Shown one piece after another: positions 17,791 through 28,315 of a stretch of DNA of 64,000 nt. The notes under the pieces are model-generated. The model saw only the letters and a list, made by a program, of their open reading frames with translations, was not told the origin of the DNA and did not search any database. This DNA comes from Bacteroidales bacterium (GTDB lineage: Bacteria; Bacteroidota; Bacteroidia; Bacteroidales; F082), in assembly GCA_024681295.1 (NCBI GenBank), contig JAILBC010000132.1, positions 12,397 to 76,396 of the forward strand, read 5' to 3'. Made by a program: the position numbers and the translations under genes. Numbering within the stretch: the stretch's first letter is position 1; every line of letters starts with the position of its first letter.

Positions 17791-18273
17791 ATGACAATCA
17801 ATGGAGTTGCATACAACTGGACGATGCTTCAAATGGTCATCCCCGGCCTTGGTATTAACAACCCGGACGATTCGATCTTGCTTGGCGTTTCTGCGCTGAA
17901 GTACGAAAAAAGCCGCGAGATCAAGAAAAACTACGGAAGCGGAGGCAACCTTTCGAGCCGTGGATTCGGAAACAAGGTCTGCACCGCAAGCATTACCATG
18001 GACCTCAACACGCAGTTGAAGCTGCGTAACGCTGTTGGCTCTTTGCTGGACCTCGGCCAGTTCGACATTCACGTCAGCTTTGCCAACCCGATTGTGGATT
18101 TCGCCGCCAACGCCGGTTCAAACCCGAATGTTGACGGGAGTGACGACTGGGACACAAAGACTGTTGTGATCAAGGGCTGCGTTTTCAACAAGGACGCGAT
18201 GGAGAGCCAAAACGATGATGACAACATCACCACGGAATTTGACCTGAACCCGCTTGATATCGAAATATCATAA
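17791..18273 (+). CDS. Putative tail tube protein
   Basis: 160-aa ORF between the sheath candidate and the chaperone/tape-measure genes. Positional call. Confidence 0.5.
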   Translation: MTINGVAYNWTMLQMVIPGLGINNPDDSILLGVSALKYEKSREIKKNYGSGGNLSSRGFGNKVCTASITMDLNTQLKLRNAVGSLLDLGQFDIHVSFANPIVDFAANAGSNPNVDGSDDWDTKTVVIKGCVFNKDAMESQNDDDNITTEFDLNPLDIEIS

Positions 18274-18315
18274 TAAAGGTTTTCTTTGGATTCGTGTTAT
18301 AATGCGAAGTGGTTG

Positions 18316-18352
18316 GATGGTGTGTCGGAAACGGCACACCATCATTTTTTTT
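18316..18352 (+). terminator. Intrinsic terminator after sheath/tube genes
   Basis: A 12-bp stem (gatggtgtgtcg / cggcacaccatc, one G-T pair) with a GAAA loop, followed by a T8 tract. Confidence 0.6.
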
Positions 18353-18426
18353 CGCTTCGTTGCAAACCTTTTTCAAAACCACCGACTATTTAGAGCGCAC
18401 TTTAACCACTTTAATACAATCAAAAC

Positions 18427-18813
18427 ATGGAAAAAGAAGAAATCATCATCGAAGGTCTGACCCCTGAAATCGAGGAGCAGATCGCCAACAAAGCCAACGA
18501 ACTCAAGGCCGCCAATCCCAAGGACCGCATCTTCCCAATCGCAGTCGAAGGTGATGTGGACTACGGTGAGAAGCCGGTGTATGTCGGCTATTTCAAGCAG
18601 CCGTCGTTCCCAATCTTCAGCAAATACCTCGCCGCGTCTCAGAAAGACCAGGCCATCGCCATGCGCTCGTTGGCCCGAGACTGCTTCCTTGACGGCGACA
18701 AGGAGCTGATCGACAACGACTCGCTGTTCCTGTTCGGTCTGATGGGCCAGCTTAGCGAAATCATCAAGATCCGCCAGGGCAAGCTTGTAAATTTATCAAA
18801 AGCCGGGAAGTAG
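18427..18813 (+). CDS. Tail assembly chaperone (gpG-like)
   Basis: 128-aa acidic ORF directly upstream of the tape measure gene. Confidence 0.55.
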   Translation: MEKEEIIIEGLTPEIEEQIANKANELKAANPKDRIFPIAVEGDVDYGEKPVYVGYFKQPSFPIFSKYLAASQKDQAIAMRSLARDCFLDGDKELIDNDSLFLFGLMGQLSEIIKIRQGKLVNLSKAGK

Positions 18814-19004
18814 GCAAGGGGGATTATTTCAGGCAAAGACTAATCCTGATAAGGCACTATTTTCCGGGTGTTGACATGGGTGCTCTCGATGACGAGAGTT
18901 TCGCCGAACTCAGCAACGATGCTGAGTGGCTGCATTCGCAGCAGCTTGCGCTGACGCAGGCAGGCATCATTAATTCAGCTTTAACCCAGAAGAAATCCCC
19001 TTAG
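18798..19004 (+). CDS. -1 frameshift extension of tail chaperone (gpGT-like product)
   Basis: The -1 frame is open from 18756 to the TAG at 19002. An A-AAA-G slippery run lies at 18798-18802, 10 nt before the 0-frame stop. The extension reads ...GALDDESFAELSNDAEWLHSQQLALTQAG. Confidence 0.4.
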   Translation, partial: KSREVGKGDYFRQRLILIRHYFPGVDMGALDDESFAELSNDAEWLHSQQLALTQAGIINSALTQKKSP

Positions 19005-19028
19005 CCAAGGCCGAGGGGATTCTTTTTT
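18994..19028 (+). terminator. Terminator-like hairpin between chaperone and tape measure genes
   Basis: An 8-bp stem (aatcccct / aggggatt) with a 12-nt loop, then cTTTTTT. Confidence 0.3.
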
Positions 19029-19085
19029 CAAAAACAAACAAAATGCGGCTGCAGAAGCTATTGAAGAATATAAAAAGAGACTGAA

Positions 19086-22000
19086 ATGGCCGAGTTTTTC
19101 GATGTACAATATAACATAAATGTAGTTTCGCAGCCCGCCGTGACTGCTATCAACAGTTTTGTCAGAGCCGCAGAACAACTCACAAAGGCCACGGGGAATC
19201 TTATGAAATTCAAAGAGTCTCTTGCGCAGCTTGAGACTCTTGGAACAACAAAAATTCCGCTTAGGATTGATGCAAGCCAAGCATTGAAAAAGCTCCAGCA
19301 GGTCGAGAATAAGATAAATGAAATCAAGAACAGATCCGCATCGTCAATCAAGATTAACGTCACAGGAGGTGTCACGGGATCAGGTGGAAAAGGGACAGCA
19401 AAGACACGAAACGTAGTTACACCAGCCCCTACGCAATCAAGACAGCGATTGCCAAAACCTCAACCAATACCACAACCAATAAAGACAGCAAAACAACAGC
19501 AGCCAATTCAAGGCGCTGGCGGCAGAATGCGACCTGGGATTATCCCATCCAATCTACGGTATGAGGTTTTGGGTCCAACACGTATAGGAAATGTCGCCAT
19601 GTTGGATATGTTCAAGGGCATGGGGCTTATGTACGGAATCTCCGCTATTGGTTCTGGTGTGAGAGATATTCTATCCACATCTGCAGAATACCAGAATGTC
19701 ATGCAAACCGCAAAGAACATTCTGAAAACGAATTATAAAGGAGGTGGATTTGAGGCAAACTTCGCTGAAATGGAGCGTATCGCAAGACAAGTTGGTGTTG
19801 AAACGAAATTCACCGCCCCGGAGGTTGCCGACGCCGTGAAGTTCCTTGCTATGGCAGGACTTGACATCAACGCCATATCCAAGTCGATCAGGCCAATTGC
19901 TGATATCGCCCTTATCGGTGACACTGACTTGGGCACCACCGCCGACGTGATGACCAACATCATGACCGCATACGGAATCAAGCCGGAGGATATGCGCAAG
20001 ACCGCCGACGTGATGACCAGGACGTTCACCATGTCGAATACAACGCTGATGGAATTGGCAGAATCATTCAAGATGGCTGGCTCCATGCTGCATTTGGCCA
20101 ACGTTCCATTTGAGACAGCTGCGGCGGCATTCGGTGTGCTCGGTGATGCGGGAATCAAAGCGACAATGGCTGGTACGACCATGCGAACGATCATGAACAA
20201 CCTTCGCAACCCAACAAAAGGCCAAAAGTTGTATTGGGAAACGCTCGGGATACGGCGCTTTGATGAATTCGGCAACCTTAGGGAGATCAACGAGATATTT
20301 GCCGACCTAAATAGGTTGAACGGAAGTGATGAACGGTCGAAAGAGGCGAAGAGGAGATATGAAGAACTTCAAAAGAAATACGAGCCAAAGCTGGATGGGT
20401 TGACAGAAGGTAGTGCAGAATACAATAAGGTACTTGCCCAATACGACCAGGAAAGCGAGGCGATCAGAAGGCAGTTCGGAGGTGTTGACGTGTTCCGCTT
20501 GTTCCGTTTAACAGCGGCATCCGGCGCCGGTGTACTCATGAGTCAAGTTGAAAAGTGGAACAAGATAATTGAAGAGAACTTCCTTTCCGATGGCCTTTCC
20601 CAGAAACTTGCCGATGAAAAGAAAAATCAAATTGTCGGATTGTGGGCGCAATTGAAATCCGCATTCCAGGAGCAGGGCCTTCAAATCTTTGAGGAGAATG
20701 AGGGCAAACTGCGCTCTTACCTCGATAGTGCAATCAATTGGGTTAAAAGCGCTGAATTCAAAAACATTTTGAAATCTATCATAGACCTTGTTGAGACACT
20801 TGCGAATCAACTGAAAAAGTTCACAGGATGGGTGATTACATTATATGACAGATTCAAGCCTCTGGTCAAGTTGTTCCTTACTTTCCAGCTTCCTTTGAAG
20901 ATGATGACCACCGTTCTTGGTTCTGCTCTTCAAGTTTTCTATTCGTTCGCCTACTCGCTTTCTCCATTTGCGAGAGCATTGACAAGTGCAACATTCCTCC
21001 AGAGAAGGACTGGTTTGTACGGATATGTTAATGCTTATGGCGCAGCTGGTATGCAAGCCGCCGGCGGCCAGGCGGCACAAACCTATGGATTAGGTCCGAT
21101 GTTGGGTTGGTATGCCAGTCGGAAAAATCCGGAAATGTACACAAGGCTGATGGAAAACGGCGGCAATGCGAAGATGGCTATGAGGATGGATCCGAGATAT
21201 AATATGATGAACACCTCTGCCAACCTCCCGCTTTACAAGCAATACAAAGAACTTGAGAAGCGTAATAATTACGCAAACAGGTTACAGGCAAGAGGAATGG
21301 CTTTCGGGATTGGCGGTTTTCTTGCCGGGTCATATTTTGGTTCTGCCGTAGCTCCCGAATCTGATTGGGCTCCGGTTATAGGAGGAGCCGCTGGATCACT
21401 TGGCGCTGTTGCATTATCCGCATCGTCAATTCCTTACGCTGGATGGATTGCTGCGGCTGTAATTGCCGCAGCCGCTGGAACCGCGTGGATCATTAAATAC
21501 ACAAGGGAGTGTAGAGAGGCGCGGGCTGCTGTTGATGAATGGGCAGACAGCTTAGGGAAATTGGATGTACAGTCGATGCGGATAGATAATGCAACAGACT
21601 ACTTTATCGCATCGGCAAGAATTCGAATGGCCTATATAGATGATGAGACGAGAAAGATCAACGAACAGACGATAGCGTGGAAGAAATGGTACAACGCCAT
21701 GAACGGGGTTCAGGACGAAGAGCCATCATCTAAAGACTATATGCTTAATGTACCAGGATTCAAGGAACTATCAAATAAGTTTAAAGAATCTCCCAAAACC
21801 ACAAGAAATGAAATTCAAGATAAACTCAAAGAAAGTGGCTTATATGAAACACTAAACAACGAAGCGAAATCAATATTTGGAGACACATACCGCGATATTA
21901 CTAAAATGTCATTTGGGGATGTGTATCGTGCTTCGCTTAGAAATCAGTTCTTAGGCGAATCATTAACTGAAGAGTTTGAAGACCCGCTTAGAACTGTCAA

Positions 22001-23054
22001 TGGCGTTTATCTTGCAGCCCAGGCGCAAAACTACTTCGGCAATCTTCCTGACGGTTTTATATATGATTTTCAAAACGCACTCGCCAACATTACGGATGAA
22101 AGCGAGATCGATGCGGCTATCAATGGACTGAGAAACAAATACCTCAAACCTGCTGGTGATTTTTTCAGTTACACAGAAGAGGAAAATGCCGATTATGAAG
22201 CTTTGAGCGGAATTCATGAGCTAAACAAGCTCTTAAGATATCCAACATACTACACTACATTCAAACATTTCTTTGACGAAAAGATAAACGAACTAACAAC
22301 AGATGCACAGAATAAGCTTCAAGACCCGTCAATTGTTTTGAAAAACGCTGTGTCTGAATTATTCCCAGGTATAAGCAATCCCGAGGACTTTTTCGGTTTT
22401 ACTAAAACATCAGTTGACCAATGGATTGCAGGATTGGGTCCAGAATACAAAGAGAAAGCATTACAAACTGCGTTCCAAGGATTGGTTGAGAAGTTTAATA
22501 ACGCTTCGTCTTTCGACAAGTTACAATTGCTCCCGTTACTCAATAGAAAAATTTGGGAGGATTTCGGTGCAGACTTACAAAACATCAGCGGTGGTTTCTA
22601 TCCTTATTTAGAAAACGACCATCCTTACGGAGAAGATGTTGAATGGAATAGCGAGAAAGGCTATTTCTTGAAGAACGGTATTCCTTACGATCCAACAAGC
22701 AACTGGATATATAAACCACATCAATTGCTCAATAACGAGTTAAGGATTCCTTTTATTGATCCGCAGTGGAACAGTAATGAGTTTCAATTCCAAAACAGCC
22801 CACTCTATTATCCATCAGGTCTTTCCTATTACCAGACCGACCAAGATGGTTTCAGACCAAGCGGTAGAACCCAAACGGCACGCGCGGAAAACCATTACCA
22901 CATAAGCCTCCATTTCGACAATGCAGTGAGGATTGAAAACATGAACGGTTCGGACCTTACAAGCGAGGAGGGTGCCACGTTCATCGCTCAGGTCGTCAGG
23001 GACACCATCGGCAATGCAGTCGAGACTTTCAACCCGAATGAATTGACAGTTTAA
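19086..23054 (+). CDS. Tail tape measure protein
   Basis: 1322 aa. Contains TP901-type core repeats (TADVMTNIMTAYG / TADVMTRTFTMSNTT / AGTTMRTIMNNL), hydrophobic segments, and sits after the chaperone genes. Confidence 0.9.
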   Translation: MAEFFDVQYNINVVSQPAVTAINSFVRAAEQLTKATGNLMKFKESLAQLETLGTTKIPLRIDASQALKKLQQVENKINEIKNRSASSIKINVTGGVTGSGGKGTAKTRNVVTPAPTQSRQRLPKPQPIPQPIKTAKQQQPIQGAGGRMRPGIIPSNLRYEVLGPTRIGNVAMLDMFKGMGLMYGISAIGSGVRDILSTSAEYQNVMQTAKNILKTNYKGGGFEANFAEMERIARQVGVETKFTAPEVADAVKFLAMAGLDINAISKSIRPIADIALIGDTDLGTTADVMTNIMTAYGIKPEDMRKTADVMTRTFTMSNTTLMELAESFKMAGSMLHLANVPFETAAAAFGVLGDAGIKATMAGTTMRTIMNNLRNPTKGQKLYWETLGIRRFDEFGNLREINEIFADLNRLNGSDERSKEAKRRYEELQKKYEPKLDGLTEGSAEYNKVLAQYDQESEAIRRQFGGVDVFRLFRLTAASGAGVLMSQVEKWNKIIEENFLSDGLSQKLADEKKNQIVGLWAQLKSAFQEQGLQIFEENEGKLRSYLDSAINWVKSAEFKNILKSIIDLVETLANQLKKFTGWVITLYDRFKPLVKLFLTFQLPLKMMTTVLGSALQVFYSFAYSLSPFARALTSATFLQRRTGLYGYVNAYGAAGMQAAGGQAAQTYGLGPMLGWYASRKNPEMYTRLMENGGNAKMAMRMDPRYNMMNTSANLPLYKQYKELEKRNNYANRLQARGMAFGIGGFLAGSYFGSAVAPESDWAPVIGGAAGSLGAVALSASSIPYAGWIAAAVIAAAAGTAWIIKYTRECREARAAVDEWADSLGKLDVQSMRIDNATDYFIASARIRMAYIDDETRKINEQTIAWKKWYNAMNGVQDEEPSSKDYMLNVPGFKELSNKFKESPKTTRNEIQDKLKESGLYETLNNEAKSIFGDTYRDITKMSFGDVYRASLRNQFLGESLTEEFEDPLRTVNGVYLAAQAQNYFGNLPDGFIYDFQNALANITDESEIDAAINGLRNKYLKPAGDFFSYTEEENADYEALSGIHELNKLLRYPTYYTTFKHFFDEKINELTTDAQNKLQDPSIVLKNAVSELFPGISNPEDFFGFTKTSVDQWIAGLGPEYKEKALQTAFQGLVEKFNNASSFDKLQLLPLLNRKIWEDFGADLQNISGGFYPYLENDHPYGEDVEWNSEKGYFLKNGIPYDPTSNWIYKPHQLLNNELRIPFIDPQWNSNEFQFQNSPLYYPSGLSYYQTDQDGFRPSGRTQTARAENHYHISLHFDNAVRIENMNGSDLTSEEGATFIAQVVRDTIGNAVETFNPNELTV

Positions 23055-23070
23055 ACGAAACAAAAATAAC

Positions 23071-24075
23071 ATGAATATACTTAGCAACATAGCGAACGGT
23101 GCATGGAACAATGTCAAGATGATGGTTGTCAAGGCTGGCACATATCAACTGTCAAGGGCGTTGACCGCAGACACGGAAGAGTTGGTGATGTACGGCAGTA
23201 GCACAGGGCATCATACAGCTCTTGCATTGAAGCGCGTTGGGTACAGCGTTGCAGAATACCTCAGCCTATCTACGGCAAGTAGCCTGTATAAGCACTATAG
23301 AGAGCTTGAGGATTTCAATGCGGCAATGAAAGAGCGGGAAAATATCAAAACACTCATAGAGAACAGAATTAAAAGAAGCGATGATGCCTACGGACATGTA
23401 AATATCGAAGGTCTTGGCGATGTCGTTGCAACGGATATCAATGGAAAGAAAGTTCCAGAGGCATTGATCCTTTACTACAAAGGCGAGCAGGATATTATTG
23501 TCAAGGAAGATACCATAAATGGCGACTCTGTGACAAAAGGAACGACGAAATACGTCTATTTCATCGACACTGCGGCAGAAGTCGTAATGGGCACGGCAAA
23601 GAATATTGTCAAGACGCAGGTGCAAGGCAGGGATTACACAAGAAAGGAACTTGTATCAGGTGGCGACCTTAATTTCAGCATTAATGGCGAGGCTGCAACC
23701 GACATCCCAGACATGTATCCAGAGAACGAGGTACAAAAGCTGATTAGCATAGCGGAATATGGCGGCATCGTCAATGTCAACAACCTTATTTTCGGACAGT
23801 TCAATGTCAACAAAATACTAATCACCGACTTCCACCTTGAAAAACAACAGTGCAAAAACATCCAGCCATACACCATGTCATGTGTTGCCATTGAGCCAGA
23901 TACAGATGTAGTGGTGGCGTCTGACACCATCGACCTTATCAACTATAACATACAGAAGCAGAACCGCAACACATTTGATGACATTGCTCTTGTGCTGAAA
24001 GAAACGGGGCGTCTAACAGGGCTTGACTATAGCCTTGCAGATTTGATTAGATCAATAGGAGGAGGTGCGATATGA
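23071..24075 (+). CDS. Baseplate/distal-tail protein, hypothetical
   Basis: 334-aa ORF directly after the tape measure gene. Positional call. Confidence 0.45.
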   Translation: MNILSNIANGAWNNVKMMVVKAGTYQLSRALTADTEELVMYGSSTGHHTALALKRVGYSVAEYLSLSTASSLYKHYRELEDFNAAMKERENIKTLIENRIKRSDDAYGHVNIEGLGDVVATDINGKKVPEALILYYKGEQDIIVKEDTINGDSVTKGTTKYVYFIDTAAEVVMGTAKNIVKTQVQGRDYTRKELVSGGDLNFSINGEAATDIPDMYPENEVQKLISIAEYGGIVNVNNLIFGQFNVNKILITDFHLEKQQCKNIQPYTMSCVAIEPDTDVVVASDTIDLINYNIQKQNRNTFDDIALVLKETGRLTGLDYSLADLIRSIGGGAI

Positions 24076-25523
24076 TGACATCCAATCCAGACCAGCCGAG
24101 CTTCAAGATCCTGATATGCCTTATCAGGATTTGGGATGCCGATGTCAACGATTTGATGACTATTCCGAATGAAGTTGACACCATCACCGAGGTCAAGTCC
24201 ATTGAAATCTCTGAGTCGTTCGAAAACATTGTTGACACGGCAAAAGTCAAGTTCCCAAAAGGAACGGTGCTGAGAAAGACACTTGACGAAATCAATGCCA
24301 AAGAAGATGTCAAGAAGGTAGATGTTTCGATGTCTGACACTGGTGTCGTGCATGTAATCAAGTCGCAAGCAAAGATTGCTGAGGTGGCCGATTTCTCCGT
24401 TGGCCGTCGCATACAAATCAGACTCGGTTATACGGAGGATCCAGCCATTGCTTCACTTGCCAAGTCAAGGGATGGGCGTAAGACCATCTACAACAGTACC
24501 GAGGCGAGGAATAAGTACGAAGAAGCCATGAATTACGTTTTTGAAGGCTACATCACACAATGCGGCCTCGAAGAACCAATAGAGATAAAATGCGAGGACC
24601 TGGGTCACATGACCAAGAAAGTCATGTGTCCGTACATCGGGAGTGTCAGCAAAAGCACTGTAAACGATTTCCTGTCTTCTGATGGCCGATACAAGCTGTT
24701 GGAGGACACAGGGCTTGCTTTGTACAGCAAAACAAAGAACGCAAACGTCAATATCGGGAAGTTCAGCAGCGACAAGAATATGACCGTCTATGAACTGCTT
24801 TCGGCATGGGCAAAGAACAAACTGTACTCATTCGTTGTCTTCGAAGACAACAAGCCATGTGTGGCCTGTGCCAAATCATACCTGACCAATGCAGGCGAGG
24901 ATTCGGTCATCAACGTAATGAATAAAGATGGTGACATTCCGGAGATTGACTTCGGCTACCATGTGGCCAACAATGGACTGGCGTTATCGAGGATTGATCC
25001 TTTGTTCCTTGCTGTAAGAGCGACCGGCACTGATTCCAACGGGAAACAACTTCACATGGTTGTCATGCTCAACCCGGAGAATACCAACGAATACCGTGTC
25101 ATCAATGAGAGCGGTCTTAGCAAAAAGGAAAAGAAAGCATGGAAAATCAACACCAAGGTTGATCTCAAACAGTACACCGTGGTCCAATTCCATTCAGACA
25201 CGGACAAAGTGACAAGAGAACAGCTGAAGAAGGAAGCCATTGAGTATTTCGAGAGTTACAACAAAAACGGCTTAGAGGGGTCGCTGACTTTATTCGGTGA
25301 TTTCGGGAATATTTCAGCAAAAATCGACAATCCACAAACGCACCCATACAGCAATGGATTTCTATACACCGGCGGCAAGGTACGTCTTAACGACCAAAGG
25401 CAACCGGCAAAGAACGGCGTCTATCTCGTAGGCGAGGTTATTACTCGATTCGGCACTGAAGGATATCGCAAAATCATCAAACTTCCATACTGCTTATCAC
25501 TCGATTCAGAGAACAACGGATGA
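24072..25523 (+). CDS. Baseplate hub-like protein (gpD / Mu gp44-like)
   Basis: RIQIRLGYTED...YVFEGYITQCGLEEPIEIKCEDLG resembles the late-control-D/hub family. Gene order supports the call. Confidence 0.45.
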   Translation: MMTSNPDQPSFKILICLIRIWDADVNDLMTIPNEVDTITEVKSIEISESFENIVDTAKVKFPKGTVLRKTLDEINAKEDVKKVDVSMSDTGVVHVIKSQAKIAEVADFSVGRRIQIRLGYTEDPAIASLAKSRDGRKTIYNSTEARNKYEEAMNYVFEGYITQCGLEEPIEIKCEDLGHMTKKVMCPYIGSVSKSTVNDFLSSDGRYKLLEDTGLALYSKTKNANVNIGKFSSDKNMTVYELLSAWAKNKLYSFVVFEDNKPCVACAKSYLTNAGEDSVINVMNKDGDIPEIDFGYHVANNGLALSRIDPLFLAVRATGTDSNGKQLHMVVMLNPENTNEYRVINESGLSKKEKKAWKINTKVDLKQYTVVQFHSDTDKVTREQLKKEAIEYFESYNKNGLEGSLTLFGDFGNISAKIDNPQTHPYSNGFLYTGGKVRLNDQRQPAKNGVYLVGEVITRFGTEGYRKIIKLPYCLSLDSENNG

Positions 25524-26479
25524 AGGAACAAGGCACAAATAGAAAACACGAATCAGGCGTAGGCGGAGAGAATGCGCTGAGGGAGGCAATACGCAAGATC
25601 GCATTGCAGAATATTGCCGATCCTAATAGCGGAGCTGTTTACGGTGCCCGTAGGATATCCGGCTACGTCGCAAAGGTGAACGACGACTTCACCGTTGACG
25701 TGCAGGAATACCTCAACGAAGCCGACTTCAAAGGAGAGAAGATTGGCTATCACGAGGGCGTGTACCTTAGCGCAATCCAGTCCAATCCGAACGGCTATGT
25801 CATCGTTCCGAAACTCTATTCAGAAGTGGTGATAGTCAAGGACCCGGTGACAAAGACCGAATATGTGTCGATGTACTCCCATGTCGATGTCATCCAACTT
25901 GAATCGAGCGACACCGTGACCATCGGCGTTGTCGAGCGCGAAGACCTGGATTTGGATAGCGACGATTCACCGGATGTTGACGAACTCGAAACCACCGGCC
26001 TTTCTGGAAAAACGACATACTCCAAGGACAGCGTGAAAACCGAGGTCATCGACGAAGATAACGAGAAGGATTCCTTTGTCGAAGTCAAGTCCGATTCGGT
26101 GGATATTTCTATCGCTGATGGTGATGAAAGCACTGTTCATATCGACAAGGACAAGATAGAGCTTGAACGAGGCGGCTCCAAGACCACCATGGAAGATGAT
26201 GCCAACACCATGGAGAATGGCAACGAGAAGGTAAAAGTCACCAACAGTGTTGTCTATCTCGGTAGCGACTCGGGGACCAGCCATGCGGTGCTCGGCGAGG
26301 AACTGGCAGACATACTTATGGATTTCCTTGGTTATTGTTCCGGCATAAAGACATTGACGAAACTTGGACCGCAACCGCCGTTGAACATGGCGCAGTTCAT
26401 AGCATTAAAGACAAAAATCACAGTATGGAAGTCTGCGGTGAGCGGATTCCTAACTAGAAAAGTGGAGGTACAGAAATAA
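25520..26479 (+). CDS. Baseplate spike-like protein (gpV-like), acidic central region
   Basis: 319 aa, coupled start, with an OB-like N-terminal segment. Mostly a positional call. Confidence 0.4.
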   Translation: MKEQGTNRKHESGVGGENALREAIRKIALQNIADPNSGAVYGARRISGYVAKVNDDFTVDVQEYLNEADFKGEKIGYHEGVYLSAIQSNPNGYVIVPKLYSEVVIVKDPVTKTEYVSMYSHVDVIQLESSDTVTIGVVEREDLDLDSDDSPDVDELETTGLSGKTTYSKDSVKTEVIDEDNEKDSFVEVKSDSVDISIADGDESTVHIDKDKIELERGGSKTTMEDDANTMENGNEKVKVTNSVVYLGSDSGTSHAVLGEELADILMDFLGYCSGIKTLTKLGPQPPLNMAQFIALKTKITVWKSAVSGFLTRKVEVQK

Positions 26480-28314
26480 TGGCACTACCAGTAATCAATC
26501 CAGGCATAGCGCAGATGGACCCTGATTCATCGCTGTACGCTCTATACACACGTTTCTACGAAAACATGGTATCTGCTGCAGGCGTAGATACACCGGATAT
26601 CACGCCAACAAGCGCAGAAATCCAGGAGGACGGAACGCTGACAGACGCCTACTATGCAAGAGTCGATGCGGCGATGGCTTCCTATAAGGAAATCACGATG
26701 AAGAACACCGCCTATGGCGATGCTCTTTCAATCATGCTATCCATCGGTGGTGGCGGCGGTGGTGGCAGTCCTGTTGCAGATGGATATGTCGCACGTATCG
26801 GAGATAGTATGCTTGGCCTGCTGCAAGCAAAATACGGATTCGAGGCCGGTTATGCTGACACCAAGATATTCGACACCACTATCATCACCGAAAACGAGGG
26901 TACGGACAATGAAGCCGATGTCAACGTGGCGCATGTCTATGGAAGGCTGCTGGTTGACGAAAACCTTGATGTCACAGGTAAAATTATAGTCGGCAACGAT
27001 GGGTTGTTTTTTGGTGCGAACCAGACACTCTACAAAGACAACTCAGGCAACGTAGTCCTCAAAGGCACAAACATCAAACTCGACGGTGCCATTGCCGCAA
27101 CAGGAAACATCACACGTGGCGACATTGTGATTTCCAGTAACTCCATCCACAACGGCAACAACGTCTATTACCATGCCGGAAACTCGAACATTGCCACCGT
27201 TGACTGGACTGCAAAAGACTTGACTGTCGCTGGCGATGCCGTTATCACTGGAGATTCGCTCTTTGGCGGCTTTCTGAGTGCCTTGAACGGCTTTTCCATT
27301 GGTGCTGACAATACAGCGCTGCTGCAATCCGTCGTGGTCACGGAGAGCGACGTGGTGGTTGACAAATACATCAACCTGAAATCATTCGTCAGCCTTGACA
27401 ACGGCACCGGACTGAAATACAACAGCCATCCCATACTCAAAGCCTACGTCGGTTCGGACAGCAACCCACGTGTTGACTTCGGTGCGCCAGGCATGAAGCT
27501 TTATCTCGGATCACCCGATGGCGCCACCGCAACAAGCCGCATCATCCTTCAGGCTCCGATATACAACTACGACAATACCTATCGCATCATATCGCAGTAT
27601 GGCGACGGCAACTTCCCGAATTCATTCTCCGCAGGATGCGCCAACGGCGGCCCGACGGTCATGCAGACCTACTACACCAGCTCAAGCGACTGCGGCGTAG
27701 TATTCTTGAAGAACATAAGACTTGGAAGCTCTAGCGGGCCAATCCTATCCACCGACTCTTACGAGAAGCAAGCCGTCGTGACATTGCCTCATGTGCATGT
27801 GGTAAGCAGCACAAACACCACGGAGCACATTCCGGTGAAGATGTATTTCGACGATACGGATTCCGTCTTTGCCGACCAGTCGCTATCGTGGTCCGCAAGT
27901 CTCAATATCGACCTCGACAATGCAAATGCAGAGTTCTTCTCGTTCAAGAAACCCGTGGAAGCTCCATTCTTCTCCATCGAAGGAAGCACCTACAAAACCA
28001 AACTCGGTGAGAATGTCCTATTCTTTGCCGACGGTGTGTTTCTTGAAGGTGTGAACGGCGGCATCTACCATTCCGGTAATGCCACTTTCTCGGCAAGCAT
28101 CGGTTCGACGGCGTTCGCCAGCGGCTTCGCTGGTTACGGATGGGCCGTGATGTCGAACCTGCTCTACGGGGGTTATGAGGCGACGTTCGACACGTTGACG
28201 GTGCGTAAGAAAATGAGAGTCTATGAGCTTGAGGTGCAGAAAATTACAGCCACCAACGGCTCGCTATGGGTAAGCGATGCCTGTTCAGGCGATTCAGTAA
28301 CGGAATTAGTGTAA
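26479..28314 (+). CDS. Large baseplate/tail fibre-module structural protein
   Basis: 611 aa, Gly/Asn/Ser/Thr-rich and beta-like, with an ATG overlapping the previous stop. Confidence 0.5.
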   Translation: MALPVINPGIAQMDPDSSLYALYTRFYENMVSAAGVDTPDITPTSAEIQEDGTLTDAYYARVDAAMASYKEITMKNTAYGDALSIMLSIGGGGGGGSPVADGYVARIGDSMLGLLQAKYGFEAGYADTKIFDTTIITENEGTDNEADVNVAHVYGRLLVDENLDVTGKIIVGNDGLFFGANQTLYKDNSGNVVLKGTNIKLDGAIAATGNITRGDIVISSNSIHNGNNVYYHAGNSNIATVDWTAKDLTVAGDAVITGDSLFGGFLSALNGFSIGADNTALLQSVVVTESDVVVDKYINLKSFVSLDNGTGLKYNSHPILKAYVGSDSNPRVDFGAPGMKLYLGSPDGATATSRIILQAPIYNYDNTYRIISQYGDGNFPNSFSAGCANGGPTVMQTYYTSSSDCGVVFLKNIRLGSSSGPILSTDSYEKQAVVTLPHVHVVSSTNTTEHIPVKMYFDDTDSVFADQSLSWSASLNIDLDNANAEFFSFKKPVEAPFFSIEGSTYKTKLGENVLFFADGVFLEGVNGGIYHSGNATFSASIGSTAFASGFAGYGWAVMSNLLYGGYEATFDTLTVRKKMRVYELEVQKITATNGSLWVSDACSGDSVTELV

Positions 28315-28315
28315 T

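Noticed and set aside
16378-18072. A very long (564 aa) minus-strand ORF, with similar antisense ORFs elsewhere: 9580..10290, 10787..11383, 14417..14998, 15017..15766, 33774..35153, 35472..36263, 45812..46552, 53340..54086, 57424..58449, 6651..7457(+) and 55411..56082(+).
   Set aside because: Each lies entirely opposite a well-supported gene (sheath, portal, capsid, DGR target, TerL, GT2, YrdC-like). Their translations are Arg/Gly/Val/His-rich low-complexity strings. They occur only where the sense gene is G+C-rich at third positions, which is the classic shadow-ORF pattern.
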